From Anaeromyxobacter sp. (lineage in GTDB: Bacteria; Myxococcota; Myxococcia; Myxococcales; Anaeromyxobacteraceae), in contig JASGJN010000026.1 in NCBI GenBank assembly GCA_049840735.1, positions 1-64,000 on the forward strand: 64,000 nt of DNA. Direction: 5' to 3'. The number at the start of each line of letters is the position of its first letter. Position 1 is the stretch's first letter. Positions 1 through 8,761 of the stretch are shown here, piece by piece. Below the pieces are notes generated by a model. The model saw only the letters and a program-made list of their open reading frames with translations, searched no databases and had not been told where the DNA came from. The translations under genes and the position numbers were made by a program.

Positions 1-70
1 CCTGTAGTCTACTTGGTTCAGGTTTCGTATTGCTAAGGTTAATAGGGAAACACGATAGAACCGAACACCT
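1..70 (+). other. Untrimmed Oxford Nanopore adapter plus native barcode (technical sequence)
   Basis: 1-34 resembles the ligation adapter (CCTGTACTTCGTTCAGTTACGTATTGCT), 35-42 is the flank AAGGTTAA, 43-65 is TAGGGAAACACGATAGAA(T)CCGAA (recalled as barcode 04), then CACCT (flank CAGCACCT). AT-rich, unlike the rest of the window. Confidence 0.92.
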
Positions 71-220
71 GGCGGGGCCACCGAGGTGAGCCTGCAGGTC
101 GAGTACGAGCTGCCCACCTTCGGCATGCTGCTGGCGCCCATCGTGAAGCTGGCCAACCTGCACGAGACCGAGACGCTGCTGCAGAACCTCAAGAAGAAGG
201 TCGAGAAGCTGGAGGTGTGA
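71..220 (+). CDS. 3' fragment of a probable SRPBCC/polyketide cyclase-like protein
   Basis: Own translation GGATEVSLQVEYELPTFGMLLAPIVKLANLHETETLLQNLKKKVEKLEV*, strong GC3 bias, pattern typical of an SRPBCC C-terminus. Confidence 0.55.
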   Translation, partial: GGATEVSLQVEYELPTFGMLLAPIVKLANLHETETLLQNLKKKVEKLEV

Positions 221-331
221 GCGGGCGGCGTGGGGCCCGAGGGAGACCCACGCGCGGAACGTCGTGCCAGGACATCAGGCCGCGGAGGCCTGAGCGTACG
301 CGCCAGGCCCCCGCCGCTCCAGGGGGCGCGC

Positions 332-1258
332 ATGTTCGAGACCGTCCTGCATCGTGACTCGGAGTATCACCCGGCCTTGAGCGAGCCGCTGCCGGTGCAC
401 CACCCGGCGCTCTCGAAGGAGCTCTTCGGCGACGTCTTGCACGACGACCGGCGCCAGGCGCCGGTCCTGATGGACCTCCGGGTGCACGTCCCTCCTCCCG
501 GGTTCGAGGGCGCGCGCAAGCGCGACCTGGGCGCCCGCTCCGGCAAGCGCCTGGCCTGGACCAGCGCGTCCACCGCGTTCCAGGTGCTGGTGGTCGTCGC
601 CATCGGCGCCCTCGCCACCGGCGCGGCCCAGCGCCTGGAGGAGGTGCAGCCGCTGGTGCCGGTGAAGCTCGTCACCGCCAAGGCCGCCGTGCCGCCGCCG
701 CCCCCTCCGCCCGCGGCGGCGCCCATGGTGAAGCGCTCCCGCCCGCTGCCGCCCGACGCCAAGGTGGTCAAGGCGGCCCCGCCCGGCGCGCTGATCCAGC
801 CCAAGGAGGTGGCCGAGGAGATGAAGGCGCAGCCCGACGAGCCGTACGAGGAGCTGCCCGAGGCCACCGGGGAGGGCGACGGCGAGGGCGGCGTGATCGG
901 CGGCGTGGTGGCCCCACCGCCGCCGCCGGAGCCGACCAACGAGGTCGAGGAGGCGCCGCGCTGGATGACCACCGGCTACAAGAAGCCGGTGGAGAGCGAG
1001 CCCGGCTGCGTGGGTCGCTCGGTGCGCCTGCCGCGCGAGCTGGCCGGCTTCGTCTCCGGCGCGCTCACCGTCAAGTTCGCGGTGCTGTCGAACGGCACGG
1101 TGGACAAGATCGAGGTCATGCAGAAGCTGCCCGACGCGCGCATCAACGAAGCCATCGCGGCGGCGGTCCGCTCGTGCAAGTTCACGCCGGGAGCGGACGC
1201 GACGGGGCGGCCGACGGCGATCTCGGTGATCCTGCCGCTCAGGTTCACGGCGTCGTAG
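332..1258 (+). CDS. TonB-family energy transducer-like protein
   Basis: Single TM helix, Pro-rich linker, GGVIGG motif, C-terminal TonB_C-like domain (VKFAVLSNGTVDKIEV...AVRSCKFTPG); ATG 332 after AGGGGG. Confidence 0.7.
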   Translation: MFETVLHRDSEYHPALSEPLPVHHPALSKELFGDVLHDDRRQAPVLMDLRVHVPPPGFEGARKRDLGARSGKRLAWTSASTAFQVLVVVAIGALATGAAQRLEEVQPLVPVKLVTAKAAVPPPPPPPAAAPMVKRSRPLPPDAKVVKAAPPGALIQPKEVAEEMKAQPDEPYEELPEATGEGDGEGGVIGGVVAPPPPPEPTNEVEEAPRWMTTGYKKPVESEPGCVGRSVRLPRELAGFVSGALTVKFAVLSNGTVDKIEVMQKLPDARINEAIAAAVRSCKFTPGADATGRPTAISVILPLRFTAS

Positions 1259-1333
1259 GCGACGGTGAAGAGGGGGCGGGCCGGGCGGGCGCGTTGCTCG
1301 TCCGGCCCGCGTGTGCGAACGGCGATCCGGCCG

Positions 1334-1777
1334 TCAGGAGACCACGGCCTCGAGTTCGATCAGGTCCTCGAACCGCTTGAAGTCCGCAGGGTTCAGGGTG
1401 GCGAGCCGGTCGATGCCGTTCGCCAGCATCGTGGCGACGATGTTGGCGTCGTGCACCTGCTTGCCCTTCACTGCGTGGGCTTGAACGAGCCCGAGCAGCT
1501 CCTCGAGCGCCGCGGGCCCCTCGTCGATCACTGTGCACGCACTGCGCCACGCGCCCAGCGTGGTCAGCGCCTCCTCGACCGTGAACTCGCGACCGGAGAC
1601 AGGCTTGCGCGTGAGGACGACCAGGAACTCCCGGCAGACCTGAGGGCTGATGCAGAACGGGGCCTGCTGCCCTCCAAGACGTGTGAGCAGGGCGCTTGCG
1701 GCCACATGGCTCGGGTGCTCGGCCACCGAGGCCGCGACGAGCACGTTCGTGTCGAGGAAGATGGGCTCAGCGGCCAT
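1334..1777 (-). CDS. vapC: PIN-domain (VapC-like) toxin
   Basis: FLDTNVLV, EF, VHDANIVATML and TLNPADF PIN motifs. Confidence 0.88.
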   Translation of the reverse strand: MAAEPIFLDTNVLVAASVAEHPSHVAASALLTRLGGQQAPFCISPQVCREFLVVLTRKPVSGREFTVEEALTTLGAWRSACTVIDEGPAALEELLGLVQAHAVKGKQVHDANIVATMLANGIDRLATLNPADFKRFEDLIELEAVVS

Positions 1778-1979
1778 CGTCGCCGTACAGCTCGTCCCGC
1801 CGGAGGTCGCCGCCAACCCAGCTGCCGCCGCCGCTCAGCACCGGGGGCGAAAACCCGGCGGGTGGCGGCCGGGGAGCGTCTGACCGCATGGCTTCCGCGA
1901 GGACGCGAGCACGCTCCTCGCGCGTCAGGGCAGCCAACTCCTTCGCAAGGCGATGGAGCTCTCGTGCGTCGCGCGCCAT
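1767..1979 (-). CDS. Putative antitoxin of the PIN toxin
   Basis: 70 aa, overlaps the toxin start, ends with LRRDELYGD, a tail common in VapB-like proteins; TAGACT 6 nt before the ATG. Confidence 0.7.
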   Translation of the reverse strand: MARDARELHRLAKELAALTREERARVLAEAMRSDAPRPPPAGFSPPVLSGGGSWVGGDLRRDELYGDDGR

Positions 1980-2227
1980 GACAACAGTCTAGCACCGTGC
2001 AAGAGGAGCCGCCTTCCGGTGGGAGGCGGCGCATCGCGTCCATACCGGGGCGGACGTCCTGGCCAGCCCCGAAGCAACCCCTCCAGGTTGGCCTTCCGAG
2101 GAGGCGGTATCGCTTGGGCGCAGAGATCGGCAGGGCCGCCGGGCTCCAGCGCGAACCACGCCTCGTGCTGCGGCGGGGGCCGAGCGTGCACGGGCTCCGG
2201 CCGGTACTCGATGCGCAGCATGCGCCG

Positions 2228-3643
2228 CTACACCGGCCCCTTCTGCATCTCGGCGAAGAACGTGGTCGGCTTGAAGAACACCAGGTCGATGGTGCAGGTG
2301 GGGCCCTGGCGCTGCTTGGCCACGATGAGCTGCACCGGCATGGTGTCCGAGTTGGCCGTGCCCTGCTGCACGTCCTTGTTGTCCTCCTCGTTGCGGTGGA
2401 GGAACATCACGATGTCGGCGTCCTGCTCGATGGCGCCGGACTCGCGGAGGTCGGAGAGCATGGGCGGCTCCCCCTTGCGCTTCTCGACGCCTCGGTTCAG
2501 CTGCGAGAGCGCCACGATGGGGCACTCCAGCTCCTTGGCCAGCGACTTGAGCGAGCGCGAGATGGTGGCGATCTCCTGCTCGCGCGACTGGTTGCCCCGG
2601 TCGCTGGGCGCGTGCATGAGCTGGAGGTAGTCGATCATCACCAGGTCGAGGCCGCCGTTCTCGCGCTTGATCTTGCGGCACTTGGAGCGGAGCTCGACCG
2701 GCGTGAGGACGAAGTTGTCGTCCAGCCAGAGGTGCGAGTCGCCCAGCCGCTGGGCCTGGGTGGCCAGCTTGTCCCAGTCGTGCCGGGAGAGCTGGCCCTG
2801 CGAGAGCTTGCGCCAGTCGAGCTTGCCCTCCGAGGCGAGCATGCGGAGCGCCAGCTGCTCGGACGGCATCTCCAGCGAGAAGAACGCCACCTTCCGGTTG
2901 GCGCGGGTGGCGGCGTGGCTGGCGATGTTGAGCGCGAAGGCGGTCTTGCCGACCGACGGGCGGGCGGCCAGCACGGTGAGCGTGCCGGGCTGCAGGCCCA
3001 GCGTGTTCTTGTCCAGCGTGCCGATGCCGGTGGGCACGCCGGTGATGGGCGAGAGCCCCTGCTGCACACGCTTCTGGACGGCCTCGAGGTTCTCCAGCGC
3101 CCGCATCACCGGCTGGGCGATGGGCTTGATGGTGTCGACGTTGGAGCCCTGCGCCGCGCCGAACACCTCCTGCTGCGCCGAGTCCAGGAAGTGCTGGACG
3201 TTGGCCCCGGCCTCGTAGCCCCGCTCCACCAGCCGCTGGGCGGTGAGCATCATGGTGCGGAGCTGGGCCAGCTCCTTCACCGCGCGTGCGTAGTGGGCCA
3301 CGTTGGCGGCCGAGCCGATGGCGCGCGCCAGCGAGAGCGGCAGGTCGTGCGGGACGGCGCCGCCCAGGAGCCCCTTCGCGTCCAGCCGCTGCTGGACCAG
3401 GATGGCGTCGAGGGTCTTGGACTCCCTGGCCAGCTCCTCGCACACCCCGTAAACGTGCTGGTGCGCGAGCAGGTAGAAGTCCGCCGACTTGATCAGCGCG
3501 CCCACCTGGTCGAAGGCGGTGTCCTCGGTGAGGATCGCCCCCAGGACGGCCTGCTCCGCCTCCATGCTGTGAGGGAGATCGCGGGCGGATCGGAGGGGGG
3601 AGACACCGGGCTCGGTGCGTCGGGCGGGATCAAGCTCGGCCAT
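2228..3643 (-). CDS. dnaB: Replicative DNA helicase
   Basis: PHSMEAEQAVLG, AARPSVGKTAFA, DYLQL, LSQLNR, SDLRESGAIEQDAD; no intein. Confidence 0.98.
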   Translation of the reverse strand: MAELDPARRTEPGVSPLRSARDLPHSMEAEQAVLGAILTEDTAFDQVGALIKSADFYLLAHQHVYGVCEELARESKTLDAILVQQRLDAKGLLGGAVPHDLPLSLARAIGSAANVAHYARAVKELAQLRTMMLTAQRLVERGYEAGANVQHFLDSAQQEVFGAAQGSNVDTIKPIAQPVMRALENLEAVQKRVQQGLSPITGVPTGIGTLDKNTLGLQPGTLTVLAARPSVGKTAFALNIASHAATRANRKVAFFSLEMPSEQLALRMLASEGKLDWRKLSQGQLSRHDWDKLATQAQRLGDSHLWLDDNFVLTPVELRSKCRKIKRENGGLDLVMIDYLQLMHAPSDRGNQSREQEIATISRSLKSLAKELECPIVALSQLNRGVEKRKGEPPMLSDLRESGAIEQDADIVMFLHRNEEDNKDVQQGTANSDTMPVQLIVAKQRQGPTCTIDLVFFKPTTFFAEMQKGPV

Positions 3644-3694
3644 GAAGCCGCGCAACTTAGCAGCCGGGGCTGACCCGCATCACTGTCGAAGTGC

Positions 3695-3770
3695 GGTGGA
3701 TAAGTTCGAAATTCACGTGGAAGAACGCGGTGGAGAGTGCGTGGACGGACTGTGGATAACTTGTGGATTG
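3695..3770 (-). promoter_or_regulatory. DnaA-box cluster upstream of dnaB
   Basis: Perfect TGTGGATAA at 3751-3759 (= TTATCCACA), GGTGGATAA at 3695, TGTGGATTG at 3762, further GTGGA cores at 3717, 3730, 3741. Confidence 0.75.
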
Positions 3771-3936
3771 TCCTGCGGGGTCCCCGCAGCTGCGTGAGCC
3801 TGATCAGGCCAGAGGCGCTATCTGTGCGTCATGGCTGGGGCAGACACACACGCGCACCCTGGTAACCCGTGCGGGACCTGGCGCACCGCGGGCACTCGGG
3901 AAGGGGTCGCCGCCTTCGCTCATTGTAGAAAGGACC

Positions 3937-4767
3937 ATGCGCACCCTCCGCCCCGCCCTCGCCGCCGCCGCGGCCCTCGCCCTCGCCGGCTGCGCCGAGC
4001 TGAGCCAGCTGGCCGAGTCCGCCATCCAGAAGCCGAAGCTCACCTTCCGCTCGGCGGAGATCCAGTCGGTGGACCTGGAGGCGGCCACGGTCGGCTTCAC
4101 CTTCGACCTCGACAACCCCAACGGCTTCGGCCTCGACCTGGCCCGCATCGGGTACGGCGTCGAGGTCCAGGGGCAGCGCGTGGCCACCGGCGACCTGCCG
4201 GGCGGGCTCAAGATCCCGGCCTCCGGCAAGGCGCCGGTCACCTTCCCGGTCAAGATCCGCTTCGCCGACGTGCCGGGCATCCTCGGGCTCTTCCGCGCCC
4301 GCGACGCGCTCCAGTACAAGCTCTCCGGCGACCTGGGCCTGCGCAGCCCGGTGGGCACCATCGACGTGCCGGTCTCGCACAGCGCCTCCCTGCCGCTGCC
4401 CAGGCTGCCCTCCTTCTCGCTGGACGGCCTCTCCCTCCGCTCGGTCTCGCTCGACCGCCTGAAGCTGGACGTGAAGGTGAAGGTGCAGAACCCCAACCGC
4501 TTCCCCATCCCCGCGGGCCGCATGGACTACGCGCTCTCGCTGGCCGGCGCGGAGGTGGCGCGCGGCCAGGGCAAGCCGGTGGGGAGCGTGCCGGGGGGGC
4601 AGAGCGTGACGGTGAGCATCCCGGTGGACGTCAGCGTCTCCGAGGCGCAGCGCGCCGCCACCGCCCTGATGCGCGGCGCCGGCGTGGATGTGGGCGTGAA
4701 GGGGCAGGCGGAGCTGGCGGGCCTGCCCATCCCGCTCGACCTGGGCGACAAGCTGTCGGGCCGCTGA
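3937..4767 (+). CDS. LEA type 2 (WHy) double-domain lipoprotein
   Basis: Lipobox LAGC and two repeats carrying NPN motifs (DNPNGF, QNPNRF). Confidence 0.88.
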   Translation: MRTLRPALAAAAALALAGCAELSQLAESAIQKPKLTFRSAEIQSVDLEAATVGFTFDLDNPNGFGLDLARIGYGVEVQGQRVATGDLPGGLKIPASGKAPVTFPVKIRFADVPGILGLFRARDALQYKLSGDLGLRSPVGTIDVPVSHSASLPLPRLPSFSLDGLSLRSVSLDRLKLDVKVKVQNPNRFPIPAGRMDYALSLAGAEVARGQGKPVGSVPGGQSVTVSIPVDVSVSEAQRAATALMRGAGVDVGVKGQAELAGLPIPLDLGDKLSGR

Positions 4768-4907
4768 GCCCGATCGAGTGCGAGGTGCGCCGCGCACCGT
4801 TGCCCACGGGTCGCGCGCACCATCACGCGATCCCATGATGGCAGCGCCCGCGCGGCGGAGTGCACCATGGAGCCTCGCGCCGGCGCCCCGGCGTGGGAGG
4901 CTTCCGG

Positions 4908-5411
4908 ATGCCGCCGCTCGAGTGGGACGAGGCCTACAGCCTCGGCATCGAGGAGATCGACGCCCAGCACCGGACGCTGATCCGGCGCCTGCGCCGGCTG
5001 GGCGAGGCCATCGGCGCCGAGCGGCCGGTCGAGACCGGCAAGGAGCTGCGCTACCTGCGGCAGCTCGTCTGCGAGCACTTCGAGGACGAGGAGCGCTGGA
5101 TGGAGGAGGCCGGCTACCCCGGGTGCGCCGAGCACGAGCGCAGCCACCGCGCCGCCGAGGCGCTGCTGGACCAGGCCCGCCGGCTCCTGGCCGAGACCGG
5201 CCTTTCGCTCCGCTTCGTCTCGGTGGTGGAGGAGGCGGCGCGCTGGCTGGACGAGCACCTGCGCACCGACGACCTGAAGCTGGGCCGGTTCCGCGCCGCG
5301 CGCGAGAACCTGCGCCAGCTCGCCTCCGGCCAGCTGGCCACCGAGCGGCTCGCGCCGGTGGCGGCCGCCGGCGTCGCGCCGTCGCGCTGGGCCGCCGCCG
5401 GGAAGCGCTGA
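4908..5411 (+). CDS. Bacteriohemerythrin
   Basis: W..AYSLGIEEIDAQH, EHFEDEERWM, HERSH, HLRTDD iron-ligand pattern; RBS GGAGG. Confidence 0.9.
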   Translation: MPPLEWDEAYSLGIEEIDAQHRTLIRRLRRLGEAIGAERPVETGKELRYLRQLVCEHFEDEERWMEEAGYPGCAEHERSHRAAEALLDQARRLLAETGLSLRFVSVVEEAARWLDEHLRTDDLKLGRFRAARENLRQLASGQLATERLAPVAAAGVAPSRWAAAGKR

Positions 5412-5562
5412 GCAGCGCCTCATCGGAGCCTTGGCGCGCCGGAGACGAGGCGTGCGCGGTGGCGCCCGCCTGCCGCAGACCCCCTCCCGGACCATTTACC
5501 AGACGTCCACCAGGCCGTATGGGGACCGGGCGCCCGCGCCGGGCGCCCACGAGGATCGACCC

Positions 5563-6966
5563 ATGCGTCTCGCCCCTGCGCTGCTGGCCGCCGCCCTCGG
5601 CTGCGCCTCCGCGCCGCCTCCCAGGCCGCCGCCGCCGCCCCCCGCGCCGGTCGCGGCCCCCGCGCCGCGCCCCGCGCTCGACCTGCCGGTCGAGTACCAC
5701 GTGCTGAAGAACGGCCTGCGGGTCGTGCTCTCGCCGGACCGGAGCGCGCCCAAGGTGGCGGTCGGCGTCTACTACGCCATCGGCTTCCGGGTGGAGCCCA
5801 AGGACCGGACCGGCTTCGCCCACCTCTTCGAGCACATGATGTTCCAGGGCTCGCGGAACCTGGGGAAGATGGAGTTCATCAAGCTGGTGCAGGCCAACGG
5901 CGGGACGCTCAACGGCTCCACCCGCTTCGACTTCACCAACTACTACGAGGTGGTCCCGTCCAACGTGCTGGAGACCGTCCTCTGGGCCGAAGCCGACCGC
6001 ATGCGCGGCCTGGCGGTCAACGAGGAGAACCTCGAGAACCAGCAGGGCGTGGTGTCGAGCGAGGTGCGGGTCAACGTCCTCAACCGGCCCTACGGCGGCT
6101 TCCCCTGGCTGGACCTGCCGCAGCTGGCCAACAGCAACTGGTACAACGCCCACAACTTCTACGGCGACCTGAAGGACATCGAGGCGGCCACGCTGCAGGA
6201 CGTGCAGGCCTTCTTCAGGACCTACTACGCCCCCAACAACGCGGCCCTGGCGCTGGTGGGTGACTTCGAGCCGGCGCAGGCGCTGGCCTGGGTGGAGAAG
6301 TACTTCGGCGACCTCCCCTCCGCGCCCCAGCCGCCGGCCCCGGACCTGACCGAGCCGCGGCAGGAGCAGGAGAAGCGCGCCGAGAAGGTGGACCCGCTGG
6401 CCGACCGCCCGGCGCTGGCGGTGGCCTGGCACGCGCCGCCGCCCGGCACCCCCGAGCACGCCGCCTTCGTGCTGCTGGACCAGCTGCTGGTGCAGGGGCG
6501 CGACGCGGCGCTCCACCAGGAGCTGGTGCAGGAGCGCGGCCTCACCGGCGAGGTGGCGGGCGGGCTCAACCTGCTCGGCAACCCCTGGAACTACCGCGGC
6601 CCCATGCTGGAGATCGCCTACGTCTTCCACGACCGCGAGCACTCGCCGCAGGAGCTGCTGGCGGCGGTGGACGAGGCGGTGGCGCCGTTCCTCTCCGCCC
6701 CGGTGTCGGCCGAGGCGCTGGCCCGCGCCAAGGTGAAGGCGCGCTCCGCGCTCTACGCCGACATGGAGGACTTCGGCGGGTTCGGGCTGGCCGACCTGCT
6801 GGCGGCGAGCGCGCTCTTCACCGACGACCCGAAGAACGTGCTGAAGCTCGAGGCCGGGCTGGACGCGGTGACGCCGGAGCTCTTGCAGAAGACGGCGCAG
6901 GAGTGGCTGCGCCCCACCAACCGGACGGTGCTGGTGGTGAAGGCCAAGGAGAAGACCGCGCCATGA
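5563..6966 (+). CDS. M16 family zinc peptidase, catalytic subunit (lipoprotein)
   Basis: GFAHLFEHMMFQGS (HxxEH), lipobox LGC. Confidence 0.95.
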   Translation: MRLAPALLAAALGCASAPPPRPPPPPPAPVAAPAPRPALDLPVEYHVLKNGLRVVLSPDRSAPKVAVGVYYAIGFRVEPKDRTGFAHLFEHMMFQGSRNLGKMEFIKLVQANGGTLNGSTRFDFTNYYEVVPSNVLETVLWAEADRMRGLAVNEENLENQQGVVSSEVRVNVLNRPYGGFPWLDLPQLANSNWYNAHNFYGDLKDIEAATLQDVQAFFRTYYAPNNAALALVGDFEPAQALAWVEKYFGDLPSAPQPPAPDLTEPRQEQEKRAEKVDPLADRPALAVAWHAPPPGTPEHAAFVLLDQLLVQGRDAALHQELVQERGLTGEVAGGLNLLGNPWNYRGPMLEIAYVFHDREHSPQELLAAVDEAVAPFLSAPVSAEALARAKVKARSALYADMEDFGGFGLADLLAASALFTDDPKNVLKLEAGLDAVTPELLQKTAQEWLRPTNRTVLVVKAKEKTAP

Positions 6967-8435
6967 TCGCCCTCCCGCTCACCCTCCTGCTGGCCGCGGC
7001 CCCTGCGGCGCCCAAGGCGCCCGCCGCCCCCACCGCCGCGCCGGCCCGCGAGGCCCCGCCGCCCCCGGCGCCGCCGCCCGCCTTCAAGCTGCCCGAGAAG
7101 CGCGACTTCACGCTCGACAACGGCCTGCAGGTCACGCTGGTCAAGGTCGGGCGCATGCCCAAGGCCACGGTGGAGCTGTCGGTGCGGATCGGCACCGGCG
7201 ACGAGGCGCCGGACCAGACCGGCATGGCCGGCTTCGTGGCCAAGCTGCTGCTGGAGGGGACCCGCCACCGCAGCGCCGCCGACCTGGCCGCCGAGGCGGC
7301 GCGCTGGGGCGGCGCGGTGGAGACCGACGTCACCCCCGACGAGACGCTGGTGGGCGGCACGGTCCTCTCCGAGTTCGCGCCCGACCTGGTCACGCTGGTG
7401 GCGGACGTGGCGCTCAACCCGGCCTTCCCGGCGCGGGAGCTGGAGCGCGTGCGCCAGGACCTGATCCGCGACGTCAGCATCGCCCGCACCCTGCCGCAGA
7501 CGCTGGCCCAGGAGCGCTTCCTGAAGGTCACGTATCCGGCCGACGCCTACGGCCGGCTGCTGGCCACGCCGGAGCAGCTGACCGGCTACACGCCGGAGGC
7601 GCTGCAGGCCTTCCACGCCACCACCTTCCTGGCCGGCCGGGCCCACCTCTACGTGGCCGGGCAGTTCGACCAGGCCGCGGTGGAGCAGGCCATCCGCGAG
7701 GCGTTCGGCCCCTGGGCGCGCGGCGCCGCCTACAGCCACGGCATGACCTCCCCCGCCCACCGCGGCGCGGTGGAGCTGGTCGATCGGCCCGGCGCGGTCC
7801 AGTCCTCGCTCTACGTCGGCCTGCCGTCGCTCACCCCGCGCCACCCCGACTACCTGAAGCTGGTGGTCACCAACACGCTGCTGGGCGGCTACTTCTCCTC
7901 GCGCATGACCGCCAACCTGCGCGAACAGAAGGGCTACACCTACTCGCCGCGCTCGGTCCTCTCGGTGCGCGGCGCCGCGCCGGGCTACTGGGCCCAGCTG
8001 GCCGACGTGACCACGCCGGTGACCGGCGCCTCGCTGACCGAGATCTTCAAGGAGGTGGAGCGGCTCCGCTCGCCGCCGCCGCCCGCGCAGGCGGAGGTCG
8101 CGGCGGCGCAGGCCTACCTGGCGGGCCAGTTCCTGCTCCTGGTCTCGGATCGCGACGGCCTGATCGACCGGCTGCGCTTCGTGGCCCTGCACGACCTGCC
8201 GGACACCTGGCTGGAGGGCTACGTCGAGCGGGTGCGGGCGGTCACGCCGGAGGAGGTGCAGCAGGCGGCGCGCACCTGGCTCGACCCGTCGCGCATGGCG
8301 GTGGTGGTGGTGGGCGACCTCGCCAAGGTGGAAGCGCAGGTGAAGGCGGTGAAGCGCCCGGCCGCGGGGAAGGCGTCCGCCGGCCCCGGCGCGCGCGATC
8401 CGAAGCTCCTGCCGCGCAAGGAGCCGCGACCCTAG
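6963..8435 (+). CDS. M16 family peptidase, non-catalytic partner subunit
   Basis: ATGA overlap with the upstream gene, M16 fold motifs without HxxEH, SRMTANLREQKGYTY. Confidence 0.9.
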   Translation: MIALPLTLLLAAAPAAPKAPAAPTAAPAREAPPPPAPPPAFKLPEKRDFTLDNGLQVTLVKVGRMPKATVELSVRIGTGDEAPDQTGMAGFVAKLLLEGTRHRSAADLAAEAARWGGAVETDVTPDETLVGGTVLSEFAPDLVTLVADVALNPAFPARELERVRQDLIRDVSIARTLPQTLAQERFLKVTYPADAYGRLLATPEQLTGYTPEALQAFHATTFLAGRAHLYVAGQFDQAAVEQAIREAFGPWARGAAYSHGMTSPAHRGAVELVDRPGAVQSSLYVGLPSLTPRHPDYLKLVVTNTLLGGYFSSRMTANLREQKGYTYSPRSVLSVRGAAPGYWAQLADVTTPVTGASLTEIFKEVERLRSPPPPAQAEVAAAQAYLAGQFLLLVSDRDGLIDRLRFVALHDLPDTWLEGYVERVRAVTPEEVQQAARTWLDPSRMAVVVVGDLAKVEAQVKAVKRPAAGKASAGPGARDPKLLPRKEPRP

Positions 8436-8591
8436 CTTCGCCGTGTGATGCAGGTGCTCGCCGCCGCGCTGGCCCTGGCGGTGGAGCTGTCGGCGCTCGA
8501 CCGGGCGCTGGCGCCGCCCGCCGGGCTCGTCCGGCTGCGGGGGGAGCGCGGCGTGGCCCGGCCTGCTCGGCCTCTGGCCGGGCTGATCCCT

Positions 8592-8747
8592 GGCCTTCGA
8601 CTCCGCCGGTCCCGAGCGTAGCCGCCGCCCGGCGGCGGAGCCGAAGGACTCAGGCCGAGCGGAGTTCATTTACCGGCGAAGTCACTCACGGCCCCGTTCG
8701 TCCTGAGCGTAGCGCCCGCGCAGCGGGCGCGGAGTCGAAGGACAGGG
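8592..8747. repeat. REP-like palindromes (one nested copy and one canonical copy)
   Basis: 8692-8747 CCCCGTTCGTCCTGAGCGTAG-CGCCCGC GCA GCGGGCG-CGGAGTCGAAGGAC; 8592-8662 is a composite copy. Confidence 0.85.
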
Positions 8748-8761
8748 AGTCTCGCGGGCCC

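Noticed and set aside
3644..3936. oriC
   Set aside because: DnaA boxes are present, but there is no AT-rich unwinding element and no dnaA/dnaN/gidA context.
3829..6642. Long antisense or alternative-frame ORFs (also 24736-27384, 29564-32890, 18271-20268 and many more)
   Set aside because: Shadow ORFs expected at very high GC; they overlap well-supported genes and are Arg/Gly/Ala/Pro-rich without motifs.
8448..8621. Small ORF MQVLAAALALAVELS...
   Set aside because: No RBS or recognisable motif, and it ends inside a REP; not supportable.
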